DNA of 64,000 bases from an uncultured delta proteobacterium (GCA_963789265.1 CAWBKB010000001.1:1664001-1728000), one strand, 5' to 3'; positions 1-10,582 are shown, counted from the stretch's first letter. Numbers and translations are program-made. Notes: generated from the letters alone by a model not told the origin.

Positions 1-1
1 A

Positions 2-244
2 GGTCTTTCCATTTATTGGCCCAGGTACAAGGTTCTTGTGACCGGTGATGTGGTTTTCGCCCAGGGCGTGGGAAGGGTGGACTTTCCGGGCGGAGATGCC
101 AAAGCCTTGGAACAAAGCGTGGAACGACTGGAGAAGTTGCCGGTGGAGCTTCTGATTCCGGGACACGGCCCTGCGCTTCAAGGCGCTGATCGGGTGCGGC
201 AGAATTTCGAGTATATAAAGAAGGTTTTTCTCGGGGTACGTTGA
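2..244 (+). CDS. MBL-fold metallo-hydrolase, C-terminal part (5' truncated by window edge)
   Basis: Frame open from position 2; TGD..F..GVGR.D and IPGHG motifs of the metallo-beta-lactamase fold. Confidence 0.85.
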   Translation, partial: GLSIYWPRYKVLVTGDVVFAQGVGRVDFPGGDAKALEQSVERLEKLPVELLIPGHGPALQGADRVRQNFEYIKKVFLGVR

Positions 245-462
245 GACACGTTCAAAAATTCGGCAGGTGGAGGTAGAATTTTTGTACATCAAAACGTTAG
301 GCATATCGGCATGATAGTTCGCCGTCATCATGGTGTCCAAAAATTTTGACAAAAAGAAGCACTTCTTTGCCTGACTGTAATTCGAGATCTCGAAAGGGAT
401 AAGTAGCGTAACGTGTTGCTATGACTTGATAAATAGTGACAGAGATGGTTGCTCTTCATATC

Positions 463-478
463 TGGCACAGAGGTTGCA
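463..478 (+). promoter_or_regulatory. sigma54 (-24/-12) promoter
   Basis: TGGCAC-AGAGG-TTGCA matches TGGCAC-N5-TTGC; a TGTC-N10-GACA possible enhancer site lies at 334-351. Confidence 0.7.
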
Positions 479-561
479 TCATTGACGGACAAGAAAAGAA
501 TCTATTCCTCCTACGCCAACTGCATTACGACAGTTGGTTTTTTTTTGAAGGATGACGAGTT

Positions 562-2148
562 GTGCAAGGCCTCTTCATGATTCTTTCCTCGGGCAGAATT
601 GCCTCCAGTTTTCTCACTGCCGTCATTGGCTTTTCTTTATTGCTCGCGTTCGTCGCAGAAGCTTCCGCGCCGGCTGCAGAATCCCGAAAGATTTTTGTCC
701 TACCATTCTATGTGGGGCCGGGGTCGAGTGAGAAAGAACTTCAGAGTTTCAGCGAATATGCCAACGAGAGAATCCGGGCAATGCTCGCTGGTCTCGATTC
801 AAGTTACAGCATAGAATCGGAGAAAGCCACGACAGAGCTTCTCAAGGGGCGCCAGGCACCGACAAATGATGAAGAGGCCCGCTCTTTGGCTTCGAAATCG
901 GGAGCGGACCTGGTCATTTGTGGATTCCTGACCCGAGATGATTCTCGCTATCAGATGAGAGGATACATGTGGGACACGCGGAGCAACCACGCTGTGGTCC
1001 GAATAGAAATGAAGGTGGCAAATATTTACGCTTTGCGAGGGGTCTTGCAAATATTTGTCAATAGTGTCAATACACGACTTCACGGCAGACCGAAACTCTC
1101 CTTTTACAGAAGCGAGCCGGCGGGTGCGGACGCTATGTCCCGTTCGGATAGGCTCCATACCCTGGTGGACCTGCCTAAAAACACCGCGCCGTGGAGAAGC
1201 CCCGATCTCGAGTCCGCACTATGGGCCGTGGACATCGGAGACCTGGACGGAGACAAGAAGAACGAAACAGTTTTGCTGGAACCGGGCCGCATCACCATAA
1301 GCCGTTTTGAAAACGGTAGCCTGGTACCGCTCACTCAGTTCTCCCAGCCGCCCGCCGCTTATATCAGCGCTGAAGCTAAGGATCTGGACGGCGACGGAGT
1401 GGCCGAGCTTATACTCTGTTACCGGACACCCAGCGGCATGGAATCCGCTATCATCAAATACGAAAATAGAAACATCAGGGTACTTGAAAAATTCCCGAAT
1501 ATGATCCTGAGGGCGGTCAGAGAATCTGCACAGGACGACAAGACGTTGCTGGTAGGACAGCGAACCGATGGCGATGACATGTTCAGCGGTGATATGATCC
1601 GCTTCACGTATCAAAACGGTGAGTTTGTCCCGGCGGGCAAGCTCACGCTTCCTCCGGGGACGTTACTGCTGAGCTACGATTCGGGCTCGTTGGGCAAACA
1701 TGGAGAATTTGTGCGAGTCATCTTGAATCAAGATCAGCGTCTCATGGTCTACGACCGGCAAAATAGGCTGTTGTCACAGATACCTGACCGCCTATACGGC
1801 CTGGATAGGCGAATTCGCATTCCTTCCAGGAGCGGGACCAAGGAGCTCAGTCTGCCCGGAAGGATTCTCATCGCCAGTACCACCGGGGCTTCGGGCGGAG
1901 AAAATGAGTTGCTGGTCACCAAGCAGGTCGAAGGGGGCAGTGTGATTCAAGCTCTGGAATGGGACGGAAAAGACCTCAAGGAAAAATGGAAAACCGTCAG
2001 GAGCCCTGGGATCATCACCGATTTCAGAATAGGCGATTTTAAGAACGAAGGGCTTCGATCTCTAGTTCTCGTCCTCATCAAACAGAACCCGTTCGCCGCA
2101 TTAACGGGCCCACGCAGTATCATTTTCGCATACGATCTGATCCCGTAG
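562..2148 (+). CDS. Secreted FG-GAP/VCBS repeat protein with TolB-N/CsgG-like N-terminal domain
   Basis: Signal peptide; repeats GDLDGDKKNE, DLDGDGVAEL, GDFKNEG. Confidence 0.75.
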   Translation: MQGLFMILSSGRIASSFLTAVIGFSLLLAFVAEASAPAAESRKIFVLPFYVGPGSSEKELQSFSEYANERIRAMLAGLDSSYSIESEKATTELLKGRQAPTNDEEARSLASKSGADLVICGFLTRDDSRYQMRGYMWDTRSNHAVVRIEMKVANIYALRGVLQIFVNSVNTRLHGRPKLSFYRSEPAGADAMSRSDRLHTLVDLPKNTAPWRSPDLESALWAVDIGDLDGDKKNETVLLEPGRITISRFENGSLVPLTQFSQPPAAYISAEAKDLDGDGVAELILCYRTPSGMESAIIKYENRNIRVLEKFPNMILRAVRESAQDDKTLLVGQRTDGDDMFSGDMIRFTYQNGEFVPAGKLTLPPGTLLLSYDSGSLGKHGEFVRVILNQDQRLMVYDRQNRLLSQIPDRLYGLDRRIRIPSRSGTKELSLPGRILIASTTGASGGENELLVTKQVEGGSVIQALEWDGKDLKEKWKTVRSPGIITDFRIGDFKNEGLRSLVLVLIKQNPFAALTGPRSIIFAYDLIP

Positions 2149-2234
2149 GGTGCGTTCCCATGCAAAAATACCCCGGCGCCACGCAGGGTCACCGGGGTAT
2201 GTGCATCGGCAACAGAGTTACCGGAACGGTAATG

Positions 2235-4325
2235 CTATCTCACTAAAAACGGCACGATCAACAGGGCTACCATGTTTACGACCTTGATAACGGGGTTCAA
2301 AGCGGGCCCCGCAGTGTCTTTGTAAGGATCACCCACAGTATCGCCGGTTACCGCAGCTTTGTGGGCCTCGCTCCCTTTGCCGCCGAGGTTTCCATCTTCG
2401 ATGTACTTCTTGGCGTTGTCCCAGGTCGCACCACCGGTTGTCATGGCAATGGCCAGGAAAAGACCGACTACGATGCTCCCGATTAACATGCCGCCCAGAG
2501 CTTCCTTACCCAAACCAGGCGTGAAGGCCACAATAAGAGGTATCACGACGGGAAGCAGCGACGGTATAATCATCTCTCTCTGTGCAGCCGCAGTCACGAG
2601 GTCCACGCACTTGCCATATTCGGCCTTAACGCCCGGAAGACCTTCCTTAAGGCCCTTGATCTCACGGAATTGGCGTCGAACCTCATCCACGATCGCGCCG
2701 GCAGCCTTTCCAACCGCAAGCATACAAAGCGCAGCAAAGAAATAGGGGATGATCCCGCCGATCAGCAAGCCAATCAGGATCTTGGGGTTGGACAGGTCAA
2801 AGTGCATGGCCTTGCCGGTTAGTGCTTCAATAGCCCGAGTATACTCGGCAAAGAGCACCAGGGCTGCCAGAGCCGCGGAACCGATTGCGTATCCCTTGGT
2901 AACCGCTTTGGTGGTGTTGCCGACTGCGTCCAGCGGGTCGGTCCTATTGCGAACCTCTTCCGACAGCTCAGCCATTTCAGCAATACCGCCGGCGTTGTCC
3001 GTGATGGGGCCGTACGAGTCAATGGCAACGACCATTCCTGTCATCGAGAGCATAGAGACGACAGTGACCGCAATGCCAAAGAGGCCGGTGCCGGGGTTAC
3101 CCGAGAAGCCTCCGCCAAGCGCGTACCCGATCATGATCGCTACAGCGAGTGCGATGACGGGCAGGACTGTTGAAATCATACTGATGGCCAGCCCGGCGAT
3201 GATGTTTGTCCCATGACCGGTGGTACTTGCTTGGGCCACGTACTTGACCGGGCCGTACATGCCGGTGAACCACTCGGTAATGATGACGATCAGTCCCGTG
3301 AGAACCAAACCGAGGACCGCCATCCAGAAGATATTGAGAGGGGGAATCACAAAGGGCATTCCTTTAAGTGGTGCACCGAGAGGCAAAATCCGGGCCACCA
3401 CGTAAAAGAAAATGGCTGCAAGAATCCCGGCCAAAGCCAATCCTCGATACAGGGAACCCATTATGTAAAGATCTTTTTCGGCTTTGGTCCTGCTTAACCT
3501 TACGGCAAAGGTGCCGATAATGGATGCGATTATCGCCACGCCACCGATGAGTAAGGGCATGAAGAACGCTGTGGATTTACCGTAAATCGTCATGGCCAGG
3601 AGCATGGCTGCAACGATTGTGACGGTGTAGGTCTCGTACAAGTCCGCGGCCATGCCCGCACAGTCGCCGACGTTGTCGCCGACGTTGTCCGCTATGACTC
3701 CCGCATTACGGGGATCGTCTTCAGGGAGATCCGCTTCCACTTTACCAACCAAGTCCGCGCCTACGTCGGCTGCCTTGGTATAAATACCGCCACCCACGCG
3801 GGCAAAGACGCTCATGAGGGAGCTGCCGAACCCCAAACCGACTAGGGCGCTGAAGAGTTGGTGCGGATCCGAAATATGCCGGCTGGCAGCCCAATAGAAT
3901 CCGGCCACACCGAATAGCGCCAAACCGGTAACCACAATGCCGGTAACCGACCCGCCCTTGAAGGCAACATCCATAGCATCGGGCAGGCTCTTACCCGCTG
4001 CTGCAGCTACCCGCACATTGGCCTTGGTGGAAACCTTCATCCCAATGAAGCCGGCGAGACCGGAGCCTACGAGACCGATAACGAACCCGATTGCCGGCCA
4101 AATCCCCAAGGTCAAGGCCAGGATGATGACAAGGATGACGGCTATTATCGCCACCACTTTGTACTGGCGGGTAAGGTACGCCATCGCACCCTCCGCCACG
4201 TAGCTGGAGATGTCCTGCATACGCTGATTGCCGGCGTCCTGTTTAAAGACCCACCCGGCGGTGATCAGGCTATAAGCCACACCCAGGGCCCCGCAGATGA
4301 GGGCCGCATACACAACCCATTCCAT
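2235..4325 (-). CDS. hppA: Membrane H+-translocating pyrophosphatase, K+-independent type
   Basis: [29 protein letters not shown] and [11 protein letters not shown] motifs; GNTTKA (Lys) marks the K+-independent class. Confidence 0.95.
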   Translation of the reverse strand: MEWVVYAALICGALGVAYSLITAGWVFKQDAGNQRMQDISSYVAEGAMAYLTRQYKVVAIIAVILVIILALTLGIWPAIGFVIGLVGSGLAGFIGMKVSTKANVRVAAAAGKSLPDAMDVAFKGGSVTGIVVTGLALFGVAGFYWAASRHISDPHQLFSALVGLGFGSSLMSVFARVGGGIYTKAADVGADLVGKVEADLPEDDPRNAGVIADNVGDNVGDCAGMAADLYETYTVTIVAAMLLAMTIYGKSTAFFMPLLIGGVAIIASIIGTFAVRLSRTKAEKDLYIMGSLYRGLALAGILAAIFFYVVARILPLGAPLKGMPFVIPPLNIFWMAVLGLVLTGLIVIITEWFTGMYGPVKYVAQASTTGHGTNIIAGLAISMISTVLPVIALAVAIMIGYALGGGFSGNPGTGLFGIAVTVVSMLSMTGMVVAIDSYGPITDNAGGIAEMAELSEEVRNRTDPLDAVGNTTKAVTKGYAIGSAALAALVLFAEYTRAIEALTGKAMHFDLSNPKILIGLLIGGIIPYFFAALCMLAVGKAAGAIVDEVRRQFREIKGLKEGLPGVKAEYGKCVDLVTAAAQREMIIPSLLPVVIPLIVAFTPGLGKEALGGMLIGSIVVGLFLAIAMTTGGATWDNAKKYIEDGNLGGKGSEAHKAAVTGDTVGDPYKDTAGPALNPVIKVVNMVALLIVPFLVR

Positions 4326-4435
4326 GCACCTACCTCCTTACCTAAAATGATCACATTCTAAAGGGAAAAAACGATGGTATCAACGCAGATTATCGACATT
4401 TACGCTATTATGTCAAGGACAATCAGGAGCAGTGA

Positions 4436-4568
4436 GTATGCATTCAGTTACAGCCGGAATTTGCGGGTGGCTTCGTGGGGTGGGCTTTCTAGCCCGCCAT
4501 TGAACAGGGGTTTTCCCGGCAGGCAGTCCCGCGCCTCGCGGGACGGCCCCACAAGACTGAATGGTTAC
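4436..4568. mobile_element. MITE-like element, family A copy 1
   Basis: Ends GTATGCATTCAG / CTGAATGGTTAC are imperfect inverted repeats; near-identical copy at 38744-38877; internal REP-like palindromes. Confidence 0.75.
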
Positions 4569-4635
4569 AGCAGAGAGCAACCACTCAGATACGAGTGAAA
4601 AAGAGAACTCGTCGTCCCGGCCTTCCGAGACACTG

Positions 4636-5328
4636 CTATTTCCCGATCGCGCAAATCATGATCGGCTTAATGTCAGCCGGCAGTTTCAAAGCTGCGGCCA
4701 CCTGAGCGTCCACGAAGGCCCCCACGCCGGCCACGTGAAGGCCAAGCGATTCGGCCTGCAGGAACACGTTTTGATTTGCCGCTCCGGCATCCATATATAC
4801 GTACTGCACTCCGCGGTCACCGTACTTGACCATGGTTCTCTGAAACACCGCTCCGATCACCATCAGCGCCGGTGCTTGAGCAAGAAAGAGCTGGTGGTGG
4901 GCCGCGTAAGCTACCAAGTTGCGCTTGTCGCCTGCTGCAATGGATTGGAGGGAATTCCCCCGGGAATTGTATCTGTACACACCCGCGGGAAGTCTCCCCA
5001 CTGTGTTTTGACCACACACGAGAAAGACCTCAAGCGGATAAAGTCCGCCGGCCGAAGGAATCACTTTCGTCGTGGCGCTTGTGACTGCATCCGCGGGCAG
5101 GTTGCCGTTGGCCGCCCACAGCATCTGGGAGGCTTGGGCTAAAGTCAATGGAGTTCGGCTGAAGTCACGCACCGAGTGTTTACGCACTACAGCGGCTTCA
5201 AACGAAAGTTTCCCCGAAAAAGTAGGCTTAGGTAACTTGACTTCGTTTCCCGCGGCCGCAGAGGTCAACGGCATCAAGGCCAGCAGCGTCACACCGACAG
5301 CAAGAGACATTCGGCAAGAAATTCTCAT
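4636..5328 (-). CDS. SagB/ThcOx-family nitroreductase-like dehydrogenase with signal peptide
   Basis: SVRDF, PSAGGLYPLE, DAG...QN.FLQA.SLGL motifs; start taken at ATG 5328. Confidence 0.88.
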   Translation of the reverse strand: MRISCRMSLAVGVTLLALMPLTSAAAGNEVKLPKPTFSGKLSFEAAVVRKHSVRDFSRTPLTLAQASQMLWAANGNLPADAVTSATTKVIPSAGGLYPLEVFLVCGQNTVGRLPAGVYRYNSRGNSLQSIAAGDKRNLVAYAAHHQLFLAQAPALMVIGAVFQRTMVKYGDRGVQYVYMDAGAANQNVFLQAESLGLHVAGVGAFVDAQVAAALKLPADIKPIMICAIGK

Positions 5329-5554
5329 CCGTGCCCCCGTGTATTGTAATTTCACGTCAAAGCTATAGCTCAAGGATCAGGGAATTTCAATCTCTTGATC
5401 TTCTGACGTCTGACGGCGAAGTTGCCGTGGAGTAGAAGAGATTTCAAGGATTACCCCTGTTCGCGCTCATAGTACGAACTTCTATTCGTGTGTGCGCCAC
5501 TGGGGCTGTTTGCCGACGACAGACATTACTGTACGGCTCTAGTAAAGAAAGAGC

Positions 5555-5583
5555 TTGACAAGGTTTGTAGGAACCCCTAGGCT
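5555..5583 (+). promoter_or_regulatory. sigma70-like promoter of leader ORF 1
   Basis: TTGACA-N17-TAGGCT about 45 bp upstream of the ATG at 5629. Confidence 0.5.
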
Positions 5584-5628
5584 GAAACCAGTGGCAACCT
5601 AGTTATCTCCTGGCGTAGAGTCTCGCTC

Positions 5629-6072
5629 ATGACACGACTGAGGAAATTGAGGCCGACGATTCGAATCACGCTTGTGGTCTATCTATTTGTCGTCGGCTCG
5701 GGTGCGGCCATGGCTAGGAGATGCTGTTATCTTCATTGCGGTCAAGGGATGCACCACGCGGACGTATGTGCCCGTTTGCATGCGCATGGTAGTGATTGCG
5801 CAGTTCACGATCACAATCCTACCTCAAAGTACTCAGCAGCCATGGACCGGCAATGCCACTGCTTAATCCTGCCAACGGGTACGGTTAACTCTTCCATAAA
5901 CCCCTTTGAGGCTGCGGAATTCTCCAGGTGTATTCATGGTGCTGCTTATGCTCCATGTTTGACAGGCTTAACGCTTGATTCGCAGGCCACTAATGGAGGT
6001 CGTCACCCACCCCGACTTTCTGACTTCAAACCTGTCTCTGAATCCCTTCAGACTGTCTCTCTGCTCATTTGA
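5629..6072 (+). CDS. Cys/His-rich secreted small protein (DUF2946/HYC_CC_PP-like leader ORF 1)
   Basis: Signal peptide, RRCCYLHC, CHC, late RHPP, C-terminus SESLQTVSLLI. Confidence 0.65.
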   Translation: MTRLRKLRPTIRITLVVYLFVVGSGAAMARRCCYLHCGQGMHHADVCARLHAHGSDCAVHDHNPTSKYSAAMDRQCHCLILPTGTVNSSINPFEAAEFSRCIHGAAYAPCLTGLTLDSQATNGGRHPPRLSDFKPVSESLQTVSLLI

Positions 6073-6196
6073 CCGTCTCGGAAGAATAGCCACAGAATCC
6101 GCTCGCCTTGGTTTCTAGTTAGAAGCCCGGGAGTTCTGTTCAGAAGTTCGCGTGCTTCCGCTTAACGGGGGTCGCGGCAAGAAGGGAGATACGAAT

Positions 6197-7048
6197 ATGC
6201 CCCAGAGAATCGGGATTGGGAGCGTTGGTGCCAAAGACTGCCTGTTTGCCCAAGATGCAGAAGGGCTTAAGGAATTGGTCGAAGCCGCCGTGGCGAAGGG
6301 GGTTGACCTGACCTTGGCCAAACTCGAAAGAGAAGATTTGTCTTTTGCTGACTTGTCGCACGCCAGGCTGAACGCTGCGGATTTGTCAGGGACGATCCTT
6401 GCGGGAGCCAGATTAGATGGAGCCCGTCTTTCCGTCGCGAAGCTGGATAAGGCTGACTTGTCCAACGCGGATCTCTCGAATGCCGGTTTGCTCGGAACCA
6501 CGCTGACGGGTGCCAAACTCGTCGAGGCCACTCTCAAGGGGGCTGTCTTGTGCGGCGCGAATTTATGCGGCGCAAATCTGTGTAAAACAGATTTGTCGCA
6601 GGCTGATCTGTCCAGGGCGAATCTGTCAGGAGCAAATCTTTCCCAAGCGATACTCTCCTTTGCCACTATTGCAGGTGCTTTCCTCTTGGGAACGAAACTC
6701 GACAAGGCAGCGCTGGCCGCTGTCGAGCTGTCCCGAGCCGATCTATCAGGGGCCAATCTCGCGAGTGCGGACATGACTGGAGCAGTTTTGGCGGGGGCCA
6801 GATTGAACGGTACCAATCTTGTAAATGCAGACCTGTCTTATGCCGATTTCACTGGAGCTCAACTCATGGGAGCAGATTTGTCAGGGGCCGATCTCACCGG
6901 AGCTGATTTACGCGGAGCCGACTTATCGGGCGCGAACCTTTCGGGTGCGCAGATGATGGGAGCCGATCTGACCGATGCCGATCTATCCGGAACCGATTTG
7001 AACGGCGCAGATTTGAACGGTGCGAACCTCGATGGAGCACGAAGATGA
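6197..7048 (+). CDS. Pentapeptide repeat protein
   Basis: Long run of A(D/N)Lxx repeats; SD AAGGGAG before ATG 6197. Confidence 0.92.
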   Translation: MPQRIGIGSVGAKDCLFAQDAEGLKELVEAAVAKGVDLTLAKLEREDLSFADLSHARLNAADLSGTILAGARLDGARLSVAKLDKADLSNADLSNAGLLGTTLTGAKLVEATLKGAVLCGANLCGANLCKTDLSQADLSRANLSGANLSQAILSFATIAGAFLLGTKLDKAALAAVELSRADLSGANLASADMTGAVLAGARLNGTNLVNADLSYADFTGAQLMGADLSGADLTGADLRGADLSGANLSGAQMMGADLTDADLSGTDLNGADLNGANLDGARR

Positions 7049-7177
7049 AGGCTTCTCTCTCATTGCGCGGCACAGTAAAACAGGGGGGATGGCGGGAATG
7101 CTCGTAAAAGAAACAAGTCTGGACCTTCCTTGCGGCTTAATCATATTGATATATACTGTTGTTAGAGGGAAATAGCG

Positions 7178-9139
7178 GTGAGCCCAACTACCAAGACGCC
7201 ATTACTGGAAAATGGGACTATCCTCAACGGCAAATGGGAGATTTTGGAACACATTGCTACGGGAGGGAAAGGGGAAGTTTACTGCGCTCGCCAGACGAAT
7301 CTCAATCGAGAAGTGGTCGTCAAGACAGTATCTACCGAGTATCTCGCGGAATTTGGAGACGACTTGGCGGAGGTGGAGACTGAAATTCAGCGTTTCCATC
7401 GAGAGGCTTCGGCAATGGCCCAGATACGGCACCCATACGTGGTTCAGGTCTACGACCAGGACGCGGCTACTATCGTAAAGAACGGAGAAGAGATTACGGT
7501 CCAATACGTTGTCATGGAATACGTTCCCGGCAACCGGACACTGCGGCAGACAATGCCGCTGGAGGGATTCAAGGCAAGGGAAAGAGATTTGAGGCAGTGG
7601 ATTAGAACCTATTTTCTTCCCATGTTTGACGGACTGGCGACAGTTCATGCCCTTGGCATAGTCCATCGCGACATGAAACCCGAGAACGTTCTCTTGGATG
7701 GCGCCACTCCGAAGATCACCGACTTTGGAATTGCAGGAGGGCCTCTGTGGTCGCACCTTACCAAAAGCCACCATGTTGAAGGCACAATCACCTATATGGC
7801 CCCGGAACAATTCATGGACTTGGGTGAAGCTGACGGCCGAGCCGATGTATATGCCCTGGGCAAGATGTTGTACGAGGCAGTCGAGGGAAAGATGGTGGAC
7901 AGCAAAACCGCATGTCCCCTTAGGGGTGTATGCCTCTCAAATCCCTCCACCCCCTTCCTGAAAGAATTGGACCTCATCATACAACAGGCCACCGCGGAGG
8001 ATAAGGAAGCAAGAATTCCTTCCGTCAAAGCCATGCGGGAGGATTTGGAAAAGCTGCTGTACAAAGCTGATGTTGCGGACCGTCCACTGCTCAAAGGTCT
8101 TTCTCGCAAAGAAAAGATGCTTATCGTCGTCCTGATTGCGATTTTAATGGGACTCATCGTCTTCTCCAATATAGTTCACCACTACTTCATGCTGCATGAA
8201 GAGGCAGCCTCAATGCACCATTCGGCAACGGTTTCCGTGCACGGCCCCGCCATGAAGAAGAACAGCGGCAAGGGAGCTTCAACCCTCGAACAGAAATCTT
8301 CTGGTTCCGTGCTACTCGGTAAAGACGGCTCCACGATGCGCCTCGTCCCCGGAGGAGAGGTGACCGTTTCAGACCTTCAGGGGCGAAAGCAAGGGCCGCC
8401 CCTTAAAGTGAGCCCGTTTTATATGGACGAAACTAAGGTTACCAATGCCGATTTCGTCGAGTTTTTGAATCAGGTTCTACCGAAACTCGCTGTAAAAGAC
8501 GGCGTGGTTTCGAACGACGGCCACATCTGGTTCTTTCTCGGTCACGTTTACGGCGGATATGAACCCATTATATTTCGTGACGGCAGATTTTCGTTGAAAG
8601 ATGATTCGTTTGCTTCTTACCCGGTAGTTCGAGTAACGGGATATGGGGCCGCGGCCTACGCACGGTTCTACAGCAAAGTGCTGCCCACAGAATCGCAGTG
8701 GCTTCAGGCAATAATACAGGGCAAAGACGATTCCGGCCACGGTACGAAACCCGGTTCTACTCCGGAAACTTCTCAACTCGAGAAAGATATGAAGTCTTGG
8801 GTGGAAGCTTATGGTTCACAGGATCAGATACCGGAAAATATCTCCAGATCGACCGCGTCACAAATCCCGTATCCTGTTTCAAAGTTTGGCCCTGACAAAC
8901 TTGGAATCCGAGGGTTGGAAGAAAACGTTAGCCAATGGGGCCTACGAGCTATAGGCCGGTCTAAGAAAGCCGGGTCAAGAAATGAATACGTTGTCTTGGG
9001 CGGGTTGAGAGGGGATCTGGTACTAGACTCCACTCTTGTCCCCGGTGTCCCACAGGACCCCTCGCATGCGTTTCAGGATGTGGGCTTCAGATGCGTGATT
9101 GCCGCGGACATCAAGACCCTGCGCAGTGCGGCCCCTTGA
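7178..9139 (+). CDS. Hanks-type Ser/Thr kinase - TM - FGE/SUMF1-like domain fusion
   Basis: GGKGEVY, HRDMKPEN, DFG, APE motifs; TM near aa 315-335; PFYMDETKVTN, YPVVRV, VGFRC. Confidence 0.92.
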   Translation: MSPTTKTPLLENGTILNGKWEILEHIATGGKGEVYCARQTNLNREVVVKTVSTEYLAEFGDDLAEVETEIQRFHREASAMAQIRHPYVVQVYDQDAATIVKNGEEITVQYVVMEYVPGNRTLRQTMPLEGFKARERDLRQWIRTYFLPMFDGLATVHALGIVHRDMKPENVLLDGATPKITDFGIAGGPLWSHLTKSHHVEGTITYMAPEQFMDLGEADGRADVYALGKMLYEAVEGKMVDSKTACPLRGVCLSNPSTPFLKELDLIIQQATAEDKEARIPSVKAMREDLEKLLYKADVADRPLLKGLSRKEKMLIVVLIAILMGLIVFSNIVHHYFMLHEEAASMHHSATVSVHGPAMKKNSGKGASTLEQKSSGSVLLGKDGSTMRLVPGGEVTVSDLQGRKQGPPLKVSPFYMDETKVTNADFVEFLNQVLPKLAVKDGVVSNDGHIWFFLGHVYGGYEPIIFRDGRFSLKDDSFASYPVVRVTGYGAAAYARFYSKVLPTESQWLQAIIQGKDDSGHGTKPGSTPETSQLEKDMKSWVEAYGSQDQIPENISRSTASQIPYPVSKFGPDKLGIRGLEENVSQWGLRAIGRSKKAGSRNEYVVLGGLRGDLVLDSTLVPGVPQDPSHAFQDVGFRCVIAADIKTLRSAAP

Positions 9140-9156
9140 TCTGAAGGTACTAAGAA

Positions 9157-9936
9157 TTAGTTGCAAATCATTATCACTGTTATGTTGTCTTCGCCGCCCT
9201 TGATGTTAGCTGCGGTCACGAGATCGTTGCAGGCCTGCTGGGGCTCGGGTGCTGATCCCACAATGGCAAGAATTTCCTCATCTTCAAGCATATCCGTAAG
9301 TCCGTCTGTGCACAGAAGTAGACAGGCGCTCCTTTCCCACGGCCGGACCACCACTTCCGTTTCCACGTCGTCGGCCACACCCAAAGCCTCAGTCAACCCA
9401 TGACGCGCACGGTGGGAGCGGGCCTGCTCTTTGGTGATGAGCCCTTCTTTCATCCACTCAAATACAAACGTATCATCGTCGGTGAGCTGCTTTATTTCGC
9501 CTTTTAGTATGGAGTAGGCCCGGCTGTCTCCCACATGGCCGATAATGACCTGTGGGGGAACCGCGAGGGCAATCAGCAACGTAGTACCCATTTCCTCCCA
9601 CGCGGGATTGTTCAAGGCGTTTTCGAAGATTGATCTGTTGGCCTGTGCAATAGCCTCACGAACAACCCGATCTGCCTCCTTTCCCGCTTCGAGGCCTTCC
9701 CGAACCGATTTTGCAGTGACCTGGACGGCCATTCGACTCGCCACTTCACCAGCGTTGTGACCTCCCATGCCGTCGGCCACGATGAATAGCCCCAGGTTCT
9801 CGTCAACGTACAAGCTATCTTCGTTGATTTCTCTCTGCTTTCCCGGATCTGTAAGCCATCCGACTTTCAAGGTGCTCTCCTCGGAGATTGTGCCCCTAGA
9901 TACTATTTTTTGTAGTCTGATTCGATAGAAGCTCAT
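9157..9936 (-). CDS. PP2C-family Ser/Thr phosphatase (Stp1/PrpC)
   Basis: NED, VADGMGGH, GTT, HVGDSR, CTDGL, DNIT motifs. Confidence 0.93.
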   Translation of the reverse strand: MSFYRIRLQKIVSRGTISEESTLKVGWLTDPGKQREINEDSLYVDENLGLFIVADGMGGHNAGEVASRMAVQVTAKSVREGLEAGKEADRVVREAIAQANRSIFENALNNPAWEEMGTTLLIALAVPPQVIIGHVGDSRAYSILKGEIKQLTDDDTFVFEWMKEGLITKEQARSHRARHGLTEALGVADDVETEVVVRPWERSACLLLCTDGLTDMLEDEEILAIVGSAPEPQQACNDLVTAANIKGGEDNITVIMICN

Positions 9937-10019
9937 TCATATATAGGCATGTTCGATTGAACGGGCAAGTAATAATACCTCTTATACCAATGCGCCATCA
10001 AACAAGTGACAATCCCGGA

Positions 10020-10176
10020 GGATATGGTGGGGCGATCCGCGGGGTCACCCCGGACGCCGATCCCGGCTATGTCGGGGCGGACCCGCGTGTCCACCCGGGG
10101 CAGACACATGGGTCTGCCCCTACAATTGATGCCCGCGTACGCGGGCATGACGCCATGTAAGGGCGGGTTTGAAACC
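10020..10176. repeat. Cluster of REP-like GC-rich palindromes
   Basis: GTGGGGCGATCCGCGGGGTCACCCC; GTCGGGGCGGACCCGCGTGTCCACCC...GGGCAGACACATGGGTCTGCCCCTAC; GATGCCCGCGTACGCGGGCAT. Confidence 0.7.
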
Positions 10177-10352
10177 CAATGCTGTTGACTCAAGAGATCT
10201 CCGTCTAGCAGCACCGTCACCCCGGCGAAGGCCGGGGTCCAGAGAAGATTAGGAAAACCTGGATTCCGGCCTCCGCCGGAATGACGAGGCCAGGGCCTCG
10301 TGGAAAGCAAGACTCCTGGGCAAGAGACATCCAGCTTAAGTCAACAGCATTG
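10177..10352. mobile_element. IS4-like MITE, family B copy 1, with 11-bp target duplication
   Basis: TIR CAATGCTGTTGACTCAAG / CTTAAGTCAACAGCATTG (17/18 match); direct repeat GGTTTGAAACC at 10166-10176 and 10353-10363. Confidence 0.85.
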
Positions 10353-10461
10353 GGTTTGAAACCCGCCCCTACCAAACTGTCCCACTAAAAACACGGTGTC
10401 TCTCGTTTGAAAGCGAATCGGTATTAGAAGTCCAGTCGAAGATATTGTTATTTCTCGTTCA

Positions 10462-10582
10462 TAGTCCCGCGTCTCGCGGGGACTGCCTGGGAATACCTGC
10501 CCCAGAGGCTCTGCCTCGACTGTCATAGTGAAATAATGGCTGTTTGAGGGCAGAGCCCACGAGACGCGGGATTGGGAACCAG
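10462..10582. repeat. Degenerate GAGGCTCTGCCTC/GCAGAGCC-type palindromic repeat with CCCGCGTCTCGCGGG inserts
   Basis: TCCCGCGTCTCGCGGGG at the left and CCCACGAGACGCGGGA at the right are inverted. Confidence 0.55.

Noticed and set aside
4374..4598. 74-aa ORF similar to the CooS extension
   Set aside because: Translation of MITE family A; no coding evidence
4636..5328. SagB dehydrogenase as part of a RiPP (TOMM) cluster with Cys-rich precursors
   Set aside because: No YcaO or cyclodehydratase nearby; stand-alone SagB-like nitroreductases are common, and the Cys-rich ORFs have Sec signal peptides
6300..7040. Periodic 15-bp pattern as a possible CRISPR array or DNA repeat
   Set aside because: Explained by pentapeptide repeat coding; no constant repeat with unique spacers
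9933..10526. Several short ORFs (WTPAFAGVT, GGFETQCC)
   Set aside because: Translations of REP/MITE palindromes
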